The notes: generated by a model not told the origin, from the sequence alone. A stretch of 64,000 nucleotides of DNA from Eledone cirrhosa (GCA_964016885.1 OZ024741.1:286874001-286938000); one strand, 5' to 3'. Shown: positions 14,083 through 32,269, counted from the first letter of the stretch. Numbers and translations are program-made.

Positions 14083-15043
14083 TCAATATAGCTTTAGATC
14101 GAAGGTTCTGAAAGTGGGTGCTACCAACTCCCGGGGGCGTTGAGAAGGTCCAGTGGGGTGTTGGGGCCCAAGGGACCAGTGTGGTGGGGTGGGGGAAGTA
14201 GAGATGATATCTTCTTGGTTGTCCATCGTAAACGATGATGACATCTTCTTGATCGCCGCAGGGCTTTGGGAGTGCACGCTAAAGAAGAAACCTGTGCGGG
14301 AAAGGTTTATAGTGGGAGGGCCAGTGCACAGTGACGGCCCCACTCACTCGGCAGAAGCCAGAATCCGGTGGTACCGAGGACCGTCACGACCAGGGACTTC
14401 CTTGGCAGCAGTGGATGGCCACGACGTCTGTAGTGCCTTGCCGTACTCTAGCGTTCCACACCGATTGCTGTCGCCGCCTTCGTGACTGTTGGGACGATGT
14501 TGTCCTCCTCCACTCACTCCGCCGGATCCAGTCTTCGCATGCAGGGGCTAGCATCCCCTATCTAACTCACCGAGGGGTTTCAGACCCGTCCGGCTACCGT
14601 CAACCTGGTTCGGCCCGACAGCCAAGGCGGTTTACCAGGGTGTGGCCGCTGTCGCATGCTACAGCTTCTTGGGGCCACGGGTGAGAGCTGAGTGTCAGGT
14701 GGGACCCAATGCAGGACGAGCTGTCCTGAAAAGGACATGGCTATCCCCCCTTACAGAGGTACATGCCCCTCCCTGATACCCCAGGCATATACACACGTAT
14801 ATACATACACATACATATGTACATGTGTATATACATATTTATATATTTTTGGATGGCCGTTGACTCTTATCAGTCCAACCGCCCTTTGTCAGGTTTTGTT
14901 TTTTGTCCGGCAGGGTGTCCCAAATCACCCTCCTCACCAAGTAAACTTGGTGGGGTTGCCAGTTTAGTCGCCCACAACCCCACTATGCGACAGGTTGTAC
15001 TGGTTTACATGTTACCAGTAGCACTCAAGAGTGACCTGACATA
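14083..15043 (-). mobile_element. 5' region (structured leader and UTR) of an RTE-like non-LTR retroelement
   Basis: 14845-15043 is homologous to the 5' ends of 33734-34370 and 34387-34997. It also shares a GAGTGGG..GTGCA..CACTATAAA..GCACAGG UTR block with them. Confidence 0.6.
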
Positions 15044-15096
15044 AAGAGATGATATAATAGTATATTAAATATCAAATAGTACATATTATATTGGAT

Positions 15097-15276
15097 TGGC
15101 AGTATCGGTAGAGGGTCGGACGCCATGCTTTGCAGCATAGAGTTACGGCCTTTTATGATCTGAGTTCAAATCCCGCCGAGGTTAACTTTGCCTTTCATCC
15201 TTACGGGGTCGATAAAATAAAGTACCAGTAATACACTAGGATAATTGCTGGCCTTGTGCCAAAAGTAGAAACAATT
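15097..15276 (+). mobile_element. tRNA-derived SINE family A, young full copy
   Basis: A-box-like TGGCAGTATCGGTAG, B-box GAGTTCAAATCCC, core GCCTTTCATCCTTACGGGGTCGATAAAATAAAGTACCAG. Confidence 0.85.
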
Positions 15277-15739
15277 ATATATAAATATAGTAAAATAAAA
15301 AAATGTAATATTTATTTATACATTGTATATATCATATTATCTATTATATATAAATTAATGATTTTATTTATTATATATTATTTACAATTTACGTGTAGGC
15401 AGGTTTCTCTGGAAATAGGGTTGGGGGCGCTGATGGTATTACGTGGCCGTGAGGGAGGCGGTGGCGCCAAAAGTTTGAGAACCTCTGCTTTTGATGCTGA
15501 CGCGTGACATGTAAGAAAATTGATGAGTTAAAATGCACAATAAACATATCTAACGTAGCAGACAAAAGAAGGAAGATAAATAAAACCTTCCTTCTCATTT
15601 AAATCGTCTTGACTTTGTTATCAGCAATGTACAGCTTGTCAAAAAAAATCATGATTGCATAGATGCATCGTCCACGCCATACACACATTTCACATATACA
15701 CACAAATATATACACTTACGCACACATGCACATACACAC

Positions 15740-16270
<531 letters not shown>

Positions 16271-16464
16271 TGATTTAGGTTTGTTGGTTCACCACTGGAT
16301 AGAACTGGTCATTCCGTATGGTCAACCTCGATGTAATATTAGAGAGAGCACTCGGCGTAATGCAACTCACCCCTCTTCGTTTGTGTTGTTGGTGGTGCGA
16401 GTACGGAGTTAATTATTATAAAATAACAGGAGGTTGGACTGGTGTAATTCCTTAAAGGTTTATT

Positions 16465-16522
16465 ATACTATGAACATTTCAATGACCGGGTTCAGTATGA
16501 ATCCGGTGACATCATCAGGTAT
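16465..16522 (-). ncRNA. Type I hammerhead ribozyme (AUA cleavage triplet)
   Basis: auac CUGAUGA [long stem II] GAAAU guuc AUA guau, immediately followed by AATAAA. Confidence 0.7.
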
Positions 16523-16640
16523 TCGAAAACTAACAAAGGAATATAATCCATGAGGCTGAAAAGACAGACAAGAAGGCAGCCACACATTTTCCAGTTTCTA
16601 GTTCGGTCGGCCGCCTTCAATTATAATATATATATATATA

Positions 16641-17402
16641 TGGTTGATAGATTCTTAACAGCCGTCTCAGTTTGTATGGCCTTTATAACATATGTTTATT
16701 GCTCTGGTCTCTTTTGGTCCACGGAGCGCTTGCAACACAAATCGGAAATTGGGTTTTGCTTATTTCTACCCGCCGAAATACGATTCTCGCTGAATTTATA
16801 TTTGTATTAATCTCCCGAGTCTAACTATTAACCAGTTTTTTTTTTTAGATAATTCTATTGACTGATTAATTGCTTAAGTTTATTTTAAAAAACTACCCGG
16901 TCGAGAGCTTAATTCGATTTGTGCTGTTTTAGCAATTTTTGCATCGATTACCCATACTGAATTCATTTGCCAAAATTTGGGGTTTTCTCCCCTGTAGAGT
17001 TACACATGTGATTTCAAAACACTGTGAGATTCAAAACGCTGGTGTAGAACAAAATACCTGTTGAGAAAGTGATATCCTTGTTCGATCATTATACCAAAGG
17101 TTTATTTTTTTAAAGCAGACAGTATTTTTGATTTAGGTGTCGCAGAAACCCTCTACTGGATTATACCATCATTTCCAAGGGGTCCGGGTAAATTTTCTTT
17201 CATATTTTGTTTGACCCGTTTAACCTGGTTCGGTTTTTTTTTTGGCTTAGGTGGTTGATAGCTTCTTAACAGCCGTCTCAGTTTGTATGTCCTTTATAAC
17301 ATATGTTTATTGCTCTGGTCTCTTTTGGTCCATGGAGCGCTTGCCACACATCGGAAATTGAGTTTTGCTTATTTCTACCCGCCGAAATACGACTCTCGCT
17401 GA

Positions 17403-17410
<8 letters not shown>
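16641..17410. repeat. Mini-element with ~160-bp direct terminal repeats in (TA)n
   Basis: 16641-16801 matches 17252-17410, with a non-coding ~450-bp interior. Confidence 0.7.
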
Positions 17411-17466
<56 letters not shown>

Positions 17467-17489
17467 GAGGTGTAATACACGAGTTATGA

Positions 17490-21990
<4,501 letters not shown>

Positions 21991-22419
21991 ATATATATAT
22001 ATATTTATAAATATATTGTTATACTTGGGGAGGGTCATATTTGTGTAATATTGCCAGAATTAATAACAGAACACACTCACTGTTTGGTTCGTGATCTCGT
22101 ATATTCATAAATATCTCAGTATGTAATTTTTTAAAATCTACATACACATACGCACAGTGCGTTTCCTATTTCAGTTATGGTGCTACAATAAGACGTTCGC
22201 TTTCCAGTCCCATGGTCCTGGGTTCTAACCCTACATTTATCCCTATAAATAGTTATTTCTCCAAAGTTACTTATACATTTAACCCACTATTTTTATTTGT
22301 ACATATATGCTGAACATTTATGTATTTATATTCTAGAAAAAATACAGTATTTAAATATTATTTTTATCCTTAATCACTTTCCATGTGTCAGTAACCAACA
22401 TCAACTATTTGGTTTCCCC

Positions 22420-22555
22420 TTAGGCGCTGAGCTAGCCAGCTGCAGGTGTAAGCCTCGCGAGTTGGAATGGCTCTTCCAGCGCCATCCTCCAGGGAAACGC
22501 CTTCTCCATCCTGTCCGCCGGGAGGCCAGCACGTGGGACCCCATTTGGTCACCAT
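22420..22555 (+). mobile_element. CRE-clade LINE 3' fragment
   Basis: RELEWLFQR...AILQGNAFSILSAG, the CRE-type terminal QR...GNA motif. Confidence 0.55.
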
Positions 22556-22794
22556 ACGGATTAATAGGCAAAGTTATAATCTATTGTAATTAAATGTTTG
22601 TGAATAAAAAAAAACAACAAAAAAACCCAATTAATTTATCAAAAGGCAAATTTCCCAGTTTGTATCATTGTTCATATATCCAGTAATCTTGGTATATATG
22701 GCATAAACATCTCATCTGTGCCTCACATATATATATATAAATTAATAAAAACAATGAAATAAAAACAAAGAACATGTTCTTTATATTAAAAAAA

Positions 22795-22932
22795 TCATCA
22801 TTTTACGATAGTTTCTAGGATGTATATGTGTGTGTTGGTATGTATATCATATAGATCTATGTAAAAATATTACAAATTATCAGAGGAAATATACATACCT
22901 TCACATATACATGCTGTTTTCAGAAATGATGA
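22795..22932 (-). ncRNA. Type I hammerhead-like motif with 9-bp stem I and ~100-nt stem II
   Basis: ucaucauuu CUGAAAA [auguauaugug/cacauauacau, gguauguauau/auauacauacc] GAAAC uauc GUA aaaugauga. Confidence 0.65.
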
Positions 22933-23070
22933 GATTTTTTTATTGAAAAAAACCCAACAAAGATTTAATATAAAAGGTCTGTTTGGGAACAGGTTTTGAA
23001 TTGACCAATAGAAAAGTAGTAAGAGGTCAAGTTGATAGAATAGTGGTAGTAGAAATTTAATTTCCTCTTT

Positions 23071-23840
23071 TATAGACATGTTTTATGATATATAGCTCTG
23101 ATTATTTAATTTATTAAATTTTCATTGAGCCACAAAGTGACCCGTTGCAAAACACGTATATGTATATATGTATATATATATGTAAACCTTTATATGTAAT
23201 AATCTCCCATTAGGTTGAGATACAAATTTGGCTGTATCGTGCTGTGCTTTCTAGCAAAAAAGCCACTAGCCGTAAGCAACTACCACACCCCTTCCAACCT
23301 GGTCGCTACTAGGTCACGATTCTTAGCCATTTTGAATGAATTCTTGGCGCGATCACTTTGGAAAATTTAGTGTCTAGATCAGAGCAAATCTGATGAATCC
23401 GTTGCTCGAGTTACATAATTATTACATAATTATTGGAAATCTCAAAATGCGGACGAAACCATGGTAGAGGTATTTAAATGTATTCTATTTTCTCCTAGGT
23501 TATTTTACACCTAATTCTGTTTAATTGACTGTATCTGGGCGATTACGCTGTCGAAGTATTCGATAAATATTCCGTTGCGGCTGACGCGAAGGGCTATTTT
23601 CGGTTATTTGTTGGAGATTTCTTCATAGAAGCCTCATTCTTATAGCCTGGTCTATTCGATTTTTTATATAGTTAATTATGCTAATTGGGAGAGGAAATGG
23701 TATATATTTTATCTTGTGATTCTATAGACATGTTTTATGATATATAGCTCTGATTATTTAATTTATTAAATTTTCATTGAGCCACAAAGTGACCCGTTGC
23801 AAAACACGTATATGTATATATATGTATATATATATGTAAA

Positions 23841-23850
<10 letters not shown>
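23071..23850. repeat. Mini-element with ~120-bp direct repeats
   Basis: 23071-23193 matches 23723-23850, and the element abuts (TA)n. Confidence 0.65.
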
Positions 23851-23892
<42 letters not shown>

Positions 23893-24069
23893 AACACACT
23901 TAGAACCCTTTCTATTTAGCATGAAATATGATACATATGATTTAATATTCAGTCACCAAATTCGAGTTAGATACAGTAATGCTGTATTCGATTCTTTAAA
24001 GTCACTCGTTATAATTTCATTCAACAACACCACCAGCTCTCCTATCTCTTCCATTTCGCTCCTCTGTCT

Positions 24070-24144
<75 letters not shown>

Positions 24145-24729
24145 TCTCATCCTCCCTCTCTCTTTCAATCTACTCTCTCACAACCACTATCTCTTTCTGT
24201 CTATCTTTCTCTCTCTCTATTTATGAAGGTACCCGGAAAACGCCCGTATCTCGAGAAGCCGTGCTCCGATTTACGCGAAACTTATTTTATCTATTTGTAT
24301 TCCCATTTCAGGGGCAACTTTCTTTCAAAGTATTTCCCCATTCTGCGCCGTTTTGGCTGTACTAAGTTACACGCAAGAACATAATCACAGAGTTTTAGTA
24401 GTATATAGATTGATAAACACACTTGGCTTATTATAAGGGTTAATTCCATACTGACGAGAAACGTCGCGCACGAGAGAGAAATGAAATACTGATTGGGAGC
24501 CAAACTATTTGTATGGTAAATGTCGACAAGTATGTATGAAACATTTCATAATAAAAGAAAATTTAATTAATCTGGTTAAATAGCAACAAAGCAAATATGG
24601 CTACAAAACTATTCGTTTTACAGTTCTTTCGTTACATTGCAAATTAAACGTTACAGATTTTTAATTAGTTTGTTTCGAACACGCGTAAGTGTACGACTGT
24701 GTGAATTTATGTGTGTAGGTAAGGTGTCA

Positions 24730-24779
<50 letters not shown>

Positions 24780-24915
24780 ATGGTTGCATGCACATTTATC
24801 TATGCGCCTATGTTGTATGTATGTATGTATGTATGCATGTATGTATGTATGTATGCATGTATGTATGTATGTATGTGCGCATCTTTAACATCTACTTCCC
24901 ATGATTTATAATCTT

Positions 24916-24946
<31 letters not shown>

Positions 24947-25165
24947 TTCTTCTTCTTCTTCTTCTTCTTCTAGTATCCAAGATACACCTTCAGCTTCATA
25001 CCCATTATTATTGGAGCAAAGTTTATATACCAACGCGCTCGGACCAAAGTCTGGCAAGTTCAAAATTTGCAGTTTCTTTTCTTTTATAACCTTGACACCA
25101 TGAAGGTGGCCTATCAAAAAAGAACTCGAGATTAAGAGAAAGAGAACATACATGCATACATACAT

Positions 25166-25553
25166 GATGGCTGCCCCCTCGATATCGAGTATGGCTATTG
25201 CACGATAGAACATTATTAATAATTATCAATTAATGCTATCGTGCAGTGCTTGTGCGTCAAGATTTTTGTTAAAATGAGGAAAGACTGTGCACTGAGCCAA
25301 TCCCACTCTCTGAGCGACAGTAGCTAAAACTCCAAAAGAAGAAAATATCATACCTTCTCCTAAAAGAATGCCCTGACAAAGGCTAGGGGTCCTTCCCTCC
25401 CAGTGGTTTAACCGCATGACCGGGTATCCAGCCTGATTATTTCTATGTCCCCGCACATATATACACACAGGAAATACATATATACATATATACATAAGTA
25501 TATACATATTTACACACTTTTAGAAGGCCGTTGACTCTTATGAGTTCTTCCGC
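25166..25553 (-). mobile_element. RTE-derived non-autonomous element (subfamily B)
   Basis: Homologous to 25821-26287 and 33386-33657, with an (ATGT)n tail on the minus strand. Confidence 0.6.
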
Positions 25554-25559
25554 CATACA

Positions 25560-25720
25560 TACAAGCATAAGAGACCAGATATAATGATATGGGACAAGGA
25601 AAAGAAGATATGCACAGTAGTAGAAGTTAGCTGCCCAGCAGATGCCAATATAATATTAAAGATTAGCGAAAAGGAGATTATCTATGCAGAACTAATGAGA
25701 AATCTGCAGATACTCCACCT
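25560..25720 (+). mobile_element. R4-clade LINE fragment (restriction-like endonuclease)
   Basis: KRPDIMIWDKEKKICTVVEVSCP. Confidence 0.75.
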
Positions 25721-25820
25721 GCAGATACTCTGCAGAACATACATACATACGTACATACATACATACATACGTACGTACGTACATACCTACCTACATACAT
25801 ACGTACATATATACATACAT

Positions 25821-26287
25821 GATGGCTGCCCCCGAGTTATCGAGTATGACCATTGCACGATATAACATTATTAATAATTATCAATTAAGCTATCTTGCAA
25901 TGTCTGTGCGTGAAGATTTTTTTTAAAGTGAGGAAAGACTATGCACTGAGCCAATCCCACTCTCTGAGCGACAGTAGCTATAACCTGAAAAGAAGAAAAG
26001 ATCAACATCATCGGTAACTACTGAGCCGTAGGTTTTATGCTGGAGTTATCCCAGTTTCCTGAGTTGCCTTCTCCTAGAAGAATGCCCTGACAAAGGCTAG
26101 GGGTCCTTCACCCCCCAGTGGTTTAACCGCGCGATCGGGTATCCAGCCCAATTATTTCTATGTCCCCGCGCATATACATACACACGCACACGTGCATATA
26201 CATACATACGTACATGTGTATATACATATTTACACACTTTTGGATGGCCGCTGACTCTTATGAATTCTTCCACCCTTTGTCAGGTTT
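25821..26287 (-). mobile_element. RTE-derived non-autonomous element (subfamily B)
   Basis: Minus strand has CTAGGAGAAGGCAACTC, an RTE-like 5'UTR motif, and an (ATGT)n tail. Confidence 0.6.
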
Positions 26288-26310
26288 ACATACATACATA
26301 ATTACATACA

Positions 26311-26870
26311 TACAAGCATAACATACCAGAAATAATGATATGGGACAAGGAAAAGAAGGCATGCACAGTAGTGGAAGTTAGCTGCCCAGCAGATGCCAAT
26401 ATAATATTAAAGATTAATGAAAAGGAGATTATCTATGCAGAACTAATGAGAAATTTGCAAATACTCCACCCTGACTATACCTTTAGATTTATACCTGTGA
26501 TTATTGGGGCACTGGGATATGTTAGTAACTGCCTCAGTACAAAACTTGAGAAGCTGGGCTTCACAGAAGCAGAAAGAACACAACTAGTTAGAAAATTACA
26601 AGTACAATCCATTAATGGAACAGTAAAAATATGTAAAAACATTAAAAAAATTCTGCATCTAATAACTGCATATACACATTTACAGATACAAAGCATATGC
26701 AGATGCACACAGCTAACTCAAAATATCCACATTCACACATACAATAACATCTATACCTGCATACACATGCACGCATGCAGACATGCAGACATATCTACCT
26801 AGTTGTCGATGCTCACTCACTTTACACACTTGTAAAACTGAAAATTTCTAAAACGAAAACTAACAAATAA
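26311..26870 (+). mobile_element. R4-clade LINE 3' end (REL endonuclease plus UTR)
   Basis: ORF 26335-26802 contains VVEVSCPAD...FIPVIIGALG...GTVKICK. Confidence 0.8.
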
Positions 26871-27445
26871 ACCAAACAAACAAACAATAAATTATAAAAG
26901 TTTTCAACGAGACATTTTAGACAATAATTACTTGAAACAATAGCTCCTAAATCAGCGTTAAAATCTATTTAATATCTGTCATTAAAATACATCAATGGAG
27001 TTTTGTATTATTGACCATAAGATGTTTTAGTCAAGCGTTTGTTTATTCTAGTTAAATAAGGAAAAAATAATTAACATTATCAATGTTGGTGAAAGGAAAC
27101 TTAACTATATATTTAATATAATTAAACGAAGAAAGCTAGTTTAAATGTACATATTTAACATTATCAACACAGAGGAAAAGGAATTTAATTACATATTTAA
27201 TATTATTATACAAGGAAAAGGAATTTAGCTATACATATTTAACATTATCAACGTTAATGTTAAAGGGATTTAACTAAATATTTAGCATTATCAAACGAGG
27301 AAAATGAATTTGACTGTATATAATTATCATTATCAGGATGGACAAAACGAAAAGGAAAGAAAAACAAAAGCAAAAACAATGGAGGCTTGCTTAAACAAAC
27401 ATTTGAACTTGGTTAAATTACATGTATACACATATAAATGTTACA

Positions 27446-27498
<53 letters not shown>

Positions 27499-27605
27499 CC
27501 TTTCTCTCTCTGCTCTCTCTCTGCTCTCTCTCCCTCTCTCTCTCTTGATGCACACGGACACATATGTATATATACGCCCCCCCCCATATATATATATATA
27601 TATAA

Positions 27606-27859
27606 CGAAGGAGTTGTGATAAGGAACCAGATGAACCATAACGCACCAGAGTACTCAATACTTAGGGTAGTAGAGTGGATGATAGGAGAAAGTATGACCC
27701 CGACGGCAGAGCTCAAGCCGTTTCGACGGCTATTTCTGGACTTTTGGTCCAGAAATAGCCGTCGAAACGGCTCGTATCTATTCATTGGAATCTTTGAGCT
27801 TATTCTGCAGTGGACTAGGCGCGTGTCTTTCAGACATGACACCCTTAATTTAATTTTGG

Positions 27860-27917
<58 letters not shown>

Positions 27918-28553
27918 TTATCCAAAATTAAATTAAGGGTGTCATGTCTGAAAAACACGCGCCTAGTCCACTGCAGAATAAGCTCAAAGATTCCAATGAA
28001 TAGATCCGAGCATTTTATATCAACTAGAAATATATATATATATATATATAAAATAAATATATGAAACAATCACAGGGAATAATTTGTAAAGTGTGTAACC
28101 ACACATAGCTAGGTAGGTAACTAATTAAAGTTTAACTAGAACTTCAAATATAGATACCTTTTAAAATGAGTAATCTCCTTTGTATATATTTCTTTAAATA
28201 AAAAATATATTTTACCAATTAATCGGTAAATCACAGTAGTCAAATCCCGGATGGTCACCAGATTTGCATTTGCTGTGTAAACGCAGATAGTTGGATCTTC
28301 TCCTTTGGTGACCATCCAGGATTTGACTACTGAGATTTACCGATTAATTGGTGAAATATATTTTTTATTTAAAGAAATATATACAAAGGAGATTACTCAT
28401 TTTAAAAGGTATCTATATTTGAAGTTCTAGTTAAACTTTAATTAGTTACCTACCTAGCTATGTGTGGTTACATACTTTACAAATTATTCGCTGTGATTAT
28501 TTCATATGTTTATTTTATATATATATATATATATATGTCAATCTATTTCTAGT

Positions 28554-28560
<7 letters not shown>
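27606..28560. repeat. Cluster of three adjacent inverted repeats
   Basis: Hairpin at 27716-27772; arms 27777-27864 and 27916-28005; arms 28016-28260 and 28305-28560. 27606-27741 matches 57654-57790 in reverse. Confidence 0.85.
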
Positions 28561-28623
<63 letters not shown>

Positions 28624-28666
28624 ATGTGTGTGTATATATATATGTATATATCTATCTATCTATCTA

Positions 28667-28702
<36 letters not shown>

Positions 28703-28932
28703 CCCCCCCAAAAAAAAATATTTATATATATATATATATAGGGGTGGGGGCCGTATATATGAAAGAGGAAATGCACTGTGTGTATGTGTATGTAGATTTA
28801 AAAAAATTACATACTGAGATATTTATGAATATACTAGATCACCTGTGACCCGGTAAACAGAAATAACAACAAAATCGGTACAATATATGGAAGGTATATA
28901 TTAGATTAACGCTTGATATAGCAGGAAGAGAG

Positions 28933-28968
28933 CCTTAACGTTTCGGACGCTAGTCCTTCATCAGAAGA
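28933..28968 (-). ncRNA. Minimal PLE-type hammerhead ribozyme
   Basis: ucuu CUGAUGA a GGAC uagc GUCC GAAAC GUU aagg, with palindromic ACGU as stem III. Confidence 0.7.
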
Positions 28969-29185
28969 AAGAATGAGAAATAAAATAGATTGAGGGGACG
29001 GGTGGGATGGAATTGGCAAAAAATGTATTTAGATAAAAATAACAGGTCCATTCATGTTGACATCTGTTGCAAAACTGTTGGTGCTGGCGTTTTGTGTATG
29101 ATTTGTTTTTTAGAAAAGTGGATGATGGAGCGCGTCTACTTGAAATGCAAAGAAAACCGTTTTGTAAAAAGAGCTATACTTGAGC

Positions 29186-29272
<87 letters not shown>

Positions 29273-29359
29273 TGTGTGTGTGTGCGTGTGTGTGCGTGTG
29301 CGCGTGTGTGTGTGTTATTATAGGTCCGTACGAAGCTAAGAAGAAATTTGTGTGTATAT

Positions 29360-31900
29360 GTAAGAGCCTCAGCCCTATAGAGGTCAGCGCTCCAAACCGC
29401 CACAGCGCCACCTTTGTCAGCGGGTTTGATGACAATGTCATCGCGACGCCGAACGTTGCGAGAGCTCAGTTCGCGTGATGCTAGAGCGATGAGAATGCTG
29501 GTGGAAACGGAACCGATTCACAGTAAGCCGGCAAGTATCGACAAAGGAGCCAAGAGTTGCTGAACTGACCAGAGCTCGGCATCCAATGTGATTGCCGGCG
29601 ACGGAGACGAGTGAAGTCATCCGTCTGTGTCGATGATGGCGTGTCGTGAAAAAAAGCTTTTAGCTTTAATCGACGGAAGAACCCTTCAATCTCGGCACAT
29701 GTGCGGAACTCGTCGCAAGTAGATGTGGTTGGTATAAAACGCAAACCACGGACGAGGAGGGAGCGCTCAGCTTCGGAGAGTGGTAGGTCCTGGGGTATGG
29801 TGACTACAGTGCAGGGACGTGAGGGAGTGAAAGAGGTGGAGGCGGAGGGGTGAAGGTGGTTGGGCAAAGCGCGTGCAGATTCAGTGGTAGGTGACGGGAT
29901 AGAGGGGTTAGGGCTGGAGGTGATATGAGTATGGGTGGTGACGGCAGGCGGGGAGCGGAGATAATCGAGTTTATGATTTTTTACGGAAGTGAGAAAATTG
30001 TAAAGGAGGCGATTGAGGTAAAGGATGAATTGGATAAGGGATTGGGAGAGGAAAGGGTGGCAAGTGGAGGAGAGATGTAGGTAGGCCTTGGGGAGATCTC
30101 GGTCGAGGGGAGGGCGGGGGTGAGGTGAGAGTGCTGTGGTGCGGTCTGTTTCACGGGCGCGGGTGAGAACAGCTTGGATCAAGGTGGGGGATATCCACGC
30201 TGGATGAAGCAGGAAGCCATGCGAAGGGAATAGGTTTCGAAATCGTCGTCCTGGCCACAGAGTCGACGAAGACGGAGGAATTGGGAATAGGGTATGGAGT
30301 GTTTGGTGCGGGTTGAATGGGAGGAGGTGAAGTCGAGATAAGATTGGGAGTCTGTTGGTTTAATGTAGATGGAAGTAGAGAGGGTGTGATGAGAGTGATT
30401 AATAGATAGAGAGATATCTAGAAAAGCGACAGAAAAATCGGAGACGGAGGCGGTGAAATTGGGAGCAGGATGGAAAGATTGGACAAAAGAAAGAAAACAG
30501 TCGAGCTGTTCTCGTGATAGAGAGGGGCGCCGATACAGTCGTCGATATAACGACCGTATAGCTCAGGAGTCGGTCCAGCGTACTGGGAGAAGATCTGGGC
30601 TTCGACGTAGCCAACAAACAAGTTGGCATAGTTTGGACCGTTTCTGGTTCCCATCACTACCCAGAGACCTGCTGGTAAAATTCACCCGAAAAAGAAAATC
30701 CATTAAGGGTGAGAACAAGCTCAGCCAGACGGAGAAGAGTGGTAGTGCTGGGATAAGGGGTAGGGCGTAAATCTAAAAAAATGTTGGAGAGTGCGGAGGC
30801 CGTCATCATGAGGGATGACGGTATAGAGAGAAGTGATGTCCAGGGTAAAGAGAAGGCGGGAGGGACCAGGAGGGAAGGAGAAAGAGTTGAAGAGTCTAAG
30901 GGCATGATTTGTATCGTGGATGTAGAGGGGAGATTGCCGACCAACGGGGCGAGGATGGTGTCTAAATATTCAGAAATTATCTCGGTGGGGCAGTTGTACG
31001 CAGAAACGATAGGACGGCCAGAATTATTTTGTTTGTGTATTTTGGGGAGGAAGTAGATGGTGGGTGTGCGAGGGGTGCGTACAATAAGGTTGTTGGCTCG
31101 CATCGCTTCCTGCTTCATCCAGCGTGGATATCCCCCCCACCTTGATCCAAGCTGCTCTCTCCCGCGCCCGTGAAACAGACCGCACCACAGCCCTATCACC
31201 TCACTCCCGCCCTTCTAGTACCCGTGTTCCTTTCCCTCTCACCTACCACCCCAGCACCCTACCACCCCAGCACCCTACCACTCCGGCGACATATCCTCCG
31301 TTCCTTCCGTATCCTCTCTTCTGACGCCGTCACTTCTCGCTTTTTTCCAAACCCACCCATTACTGCTTTTAAGCGCGCCCGCAACCTCCGCGACCTCCTG
31401 GTTCACAGTTCCTTTTCGTCCTCTCCCACGACTCCACCCGGATCTCATACTTGTTCCCGTTCCCGCTGCAACACTTGTTCCTTTATTTCCAAACTCACCA
31501 CTCTTACAGGCCCTAACGGGTCTTTCCGTATCCGCCATTCCTTCATCTGTACATCCACCCACGTTATCTATGCCCTCCGGTGTTCCCTTTGCGGGTCTTT
31601 ATATATCGGACAAACGGGACGCCGTATGGCGGACCGTTTTGCCGAACATTTGTCGAACGTTTGTCGTCCGTCATTTCTGTTCTCCTGGTCATTCTTCCCT
31701 ACATGTTTCAGTCCTGGGTGTCCTTTTACATCATGGATCACAGGCCTCGCGCACCAGGACTGAACAAAGTCTGATTCACCGCCTTGGGTCCTATCCCCTC
31801 TTGGACTCAATTCACCTCCCCAATTTCTCTAATACCCCGTCCATTATCACACCCCTAGATTCCTATCGCTTTCTCTTGATCATTAGAAGCTTCTCTTACT
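29360..31900. mobile_element. Rearranged Penelope-like element (Neptune-like): RT on minus, GIY-YIG on plus
   Basis: Minus: YFLPKIHK..GRPIVS, MGTRNGPNYANLF, RYIDD, IKPADKGGA. Plus 31097-31800: CSRSRCNTC..VIYALRCSLCGSLYIGQTGRR. Confidence 0.88.
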
Positions 31901-32269
31901 ACTAATGCATGCGGATACACACTCTTATATTAACATACTTTTGCTTATAGCTTCGTACTTACATGCACACACACTCTTTTACTCACATATACACACACAC
32001 ACACATATGTATGTGTATATATATATATACATATATATATATACATTCATACACAGGCATATATATATGTGCATGCACACATACACACACACAAGTATAT
32101 TTACACATCAACAAGTGTTTTTTGTTACATTAAACAGATTAGATTACCTTAATTACCAGTTCATGGTGATATACAATCCTGTGATATGTATGAATGTGCA
32201 AATTTTATTGTGTAGCATCAACAGTATTGTTTCCCAGCCAACGAATAAATTTCAAACTCGACCTGCTAG

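Noticed and set aside
15097-15180. tRNA gene
   Set aside because: A/B boxes are present but there is no cloverleaf. It is a SINE head.
24445-24520. CTGACGAGAAACGTC HHR-like string
   Set aside because: No stem II and no consistent stem I.
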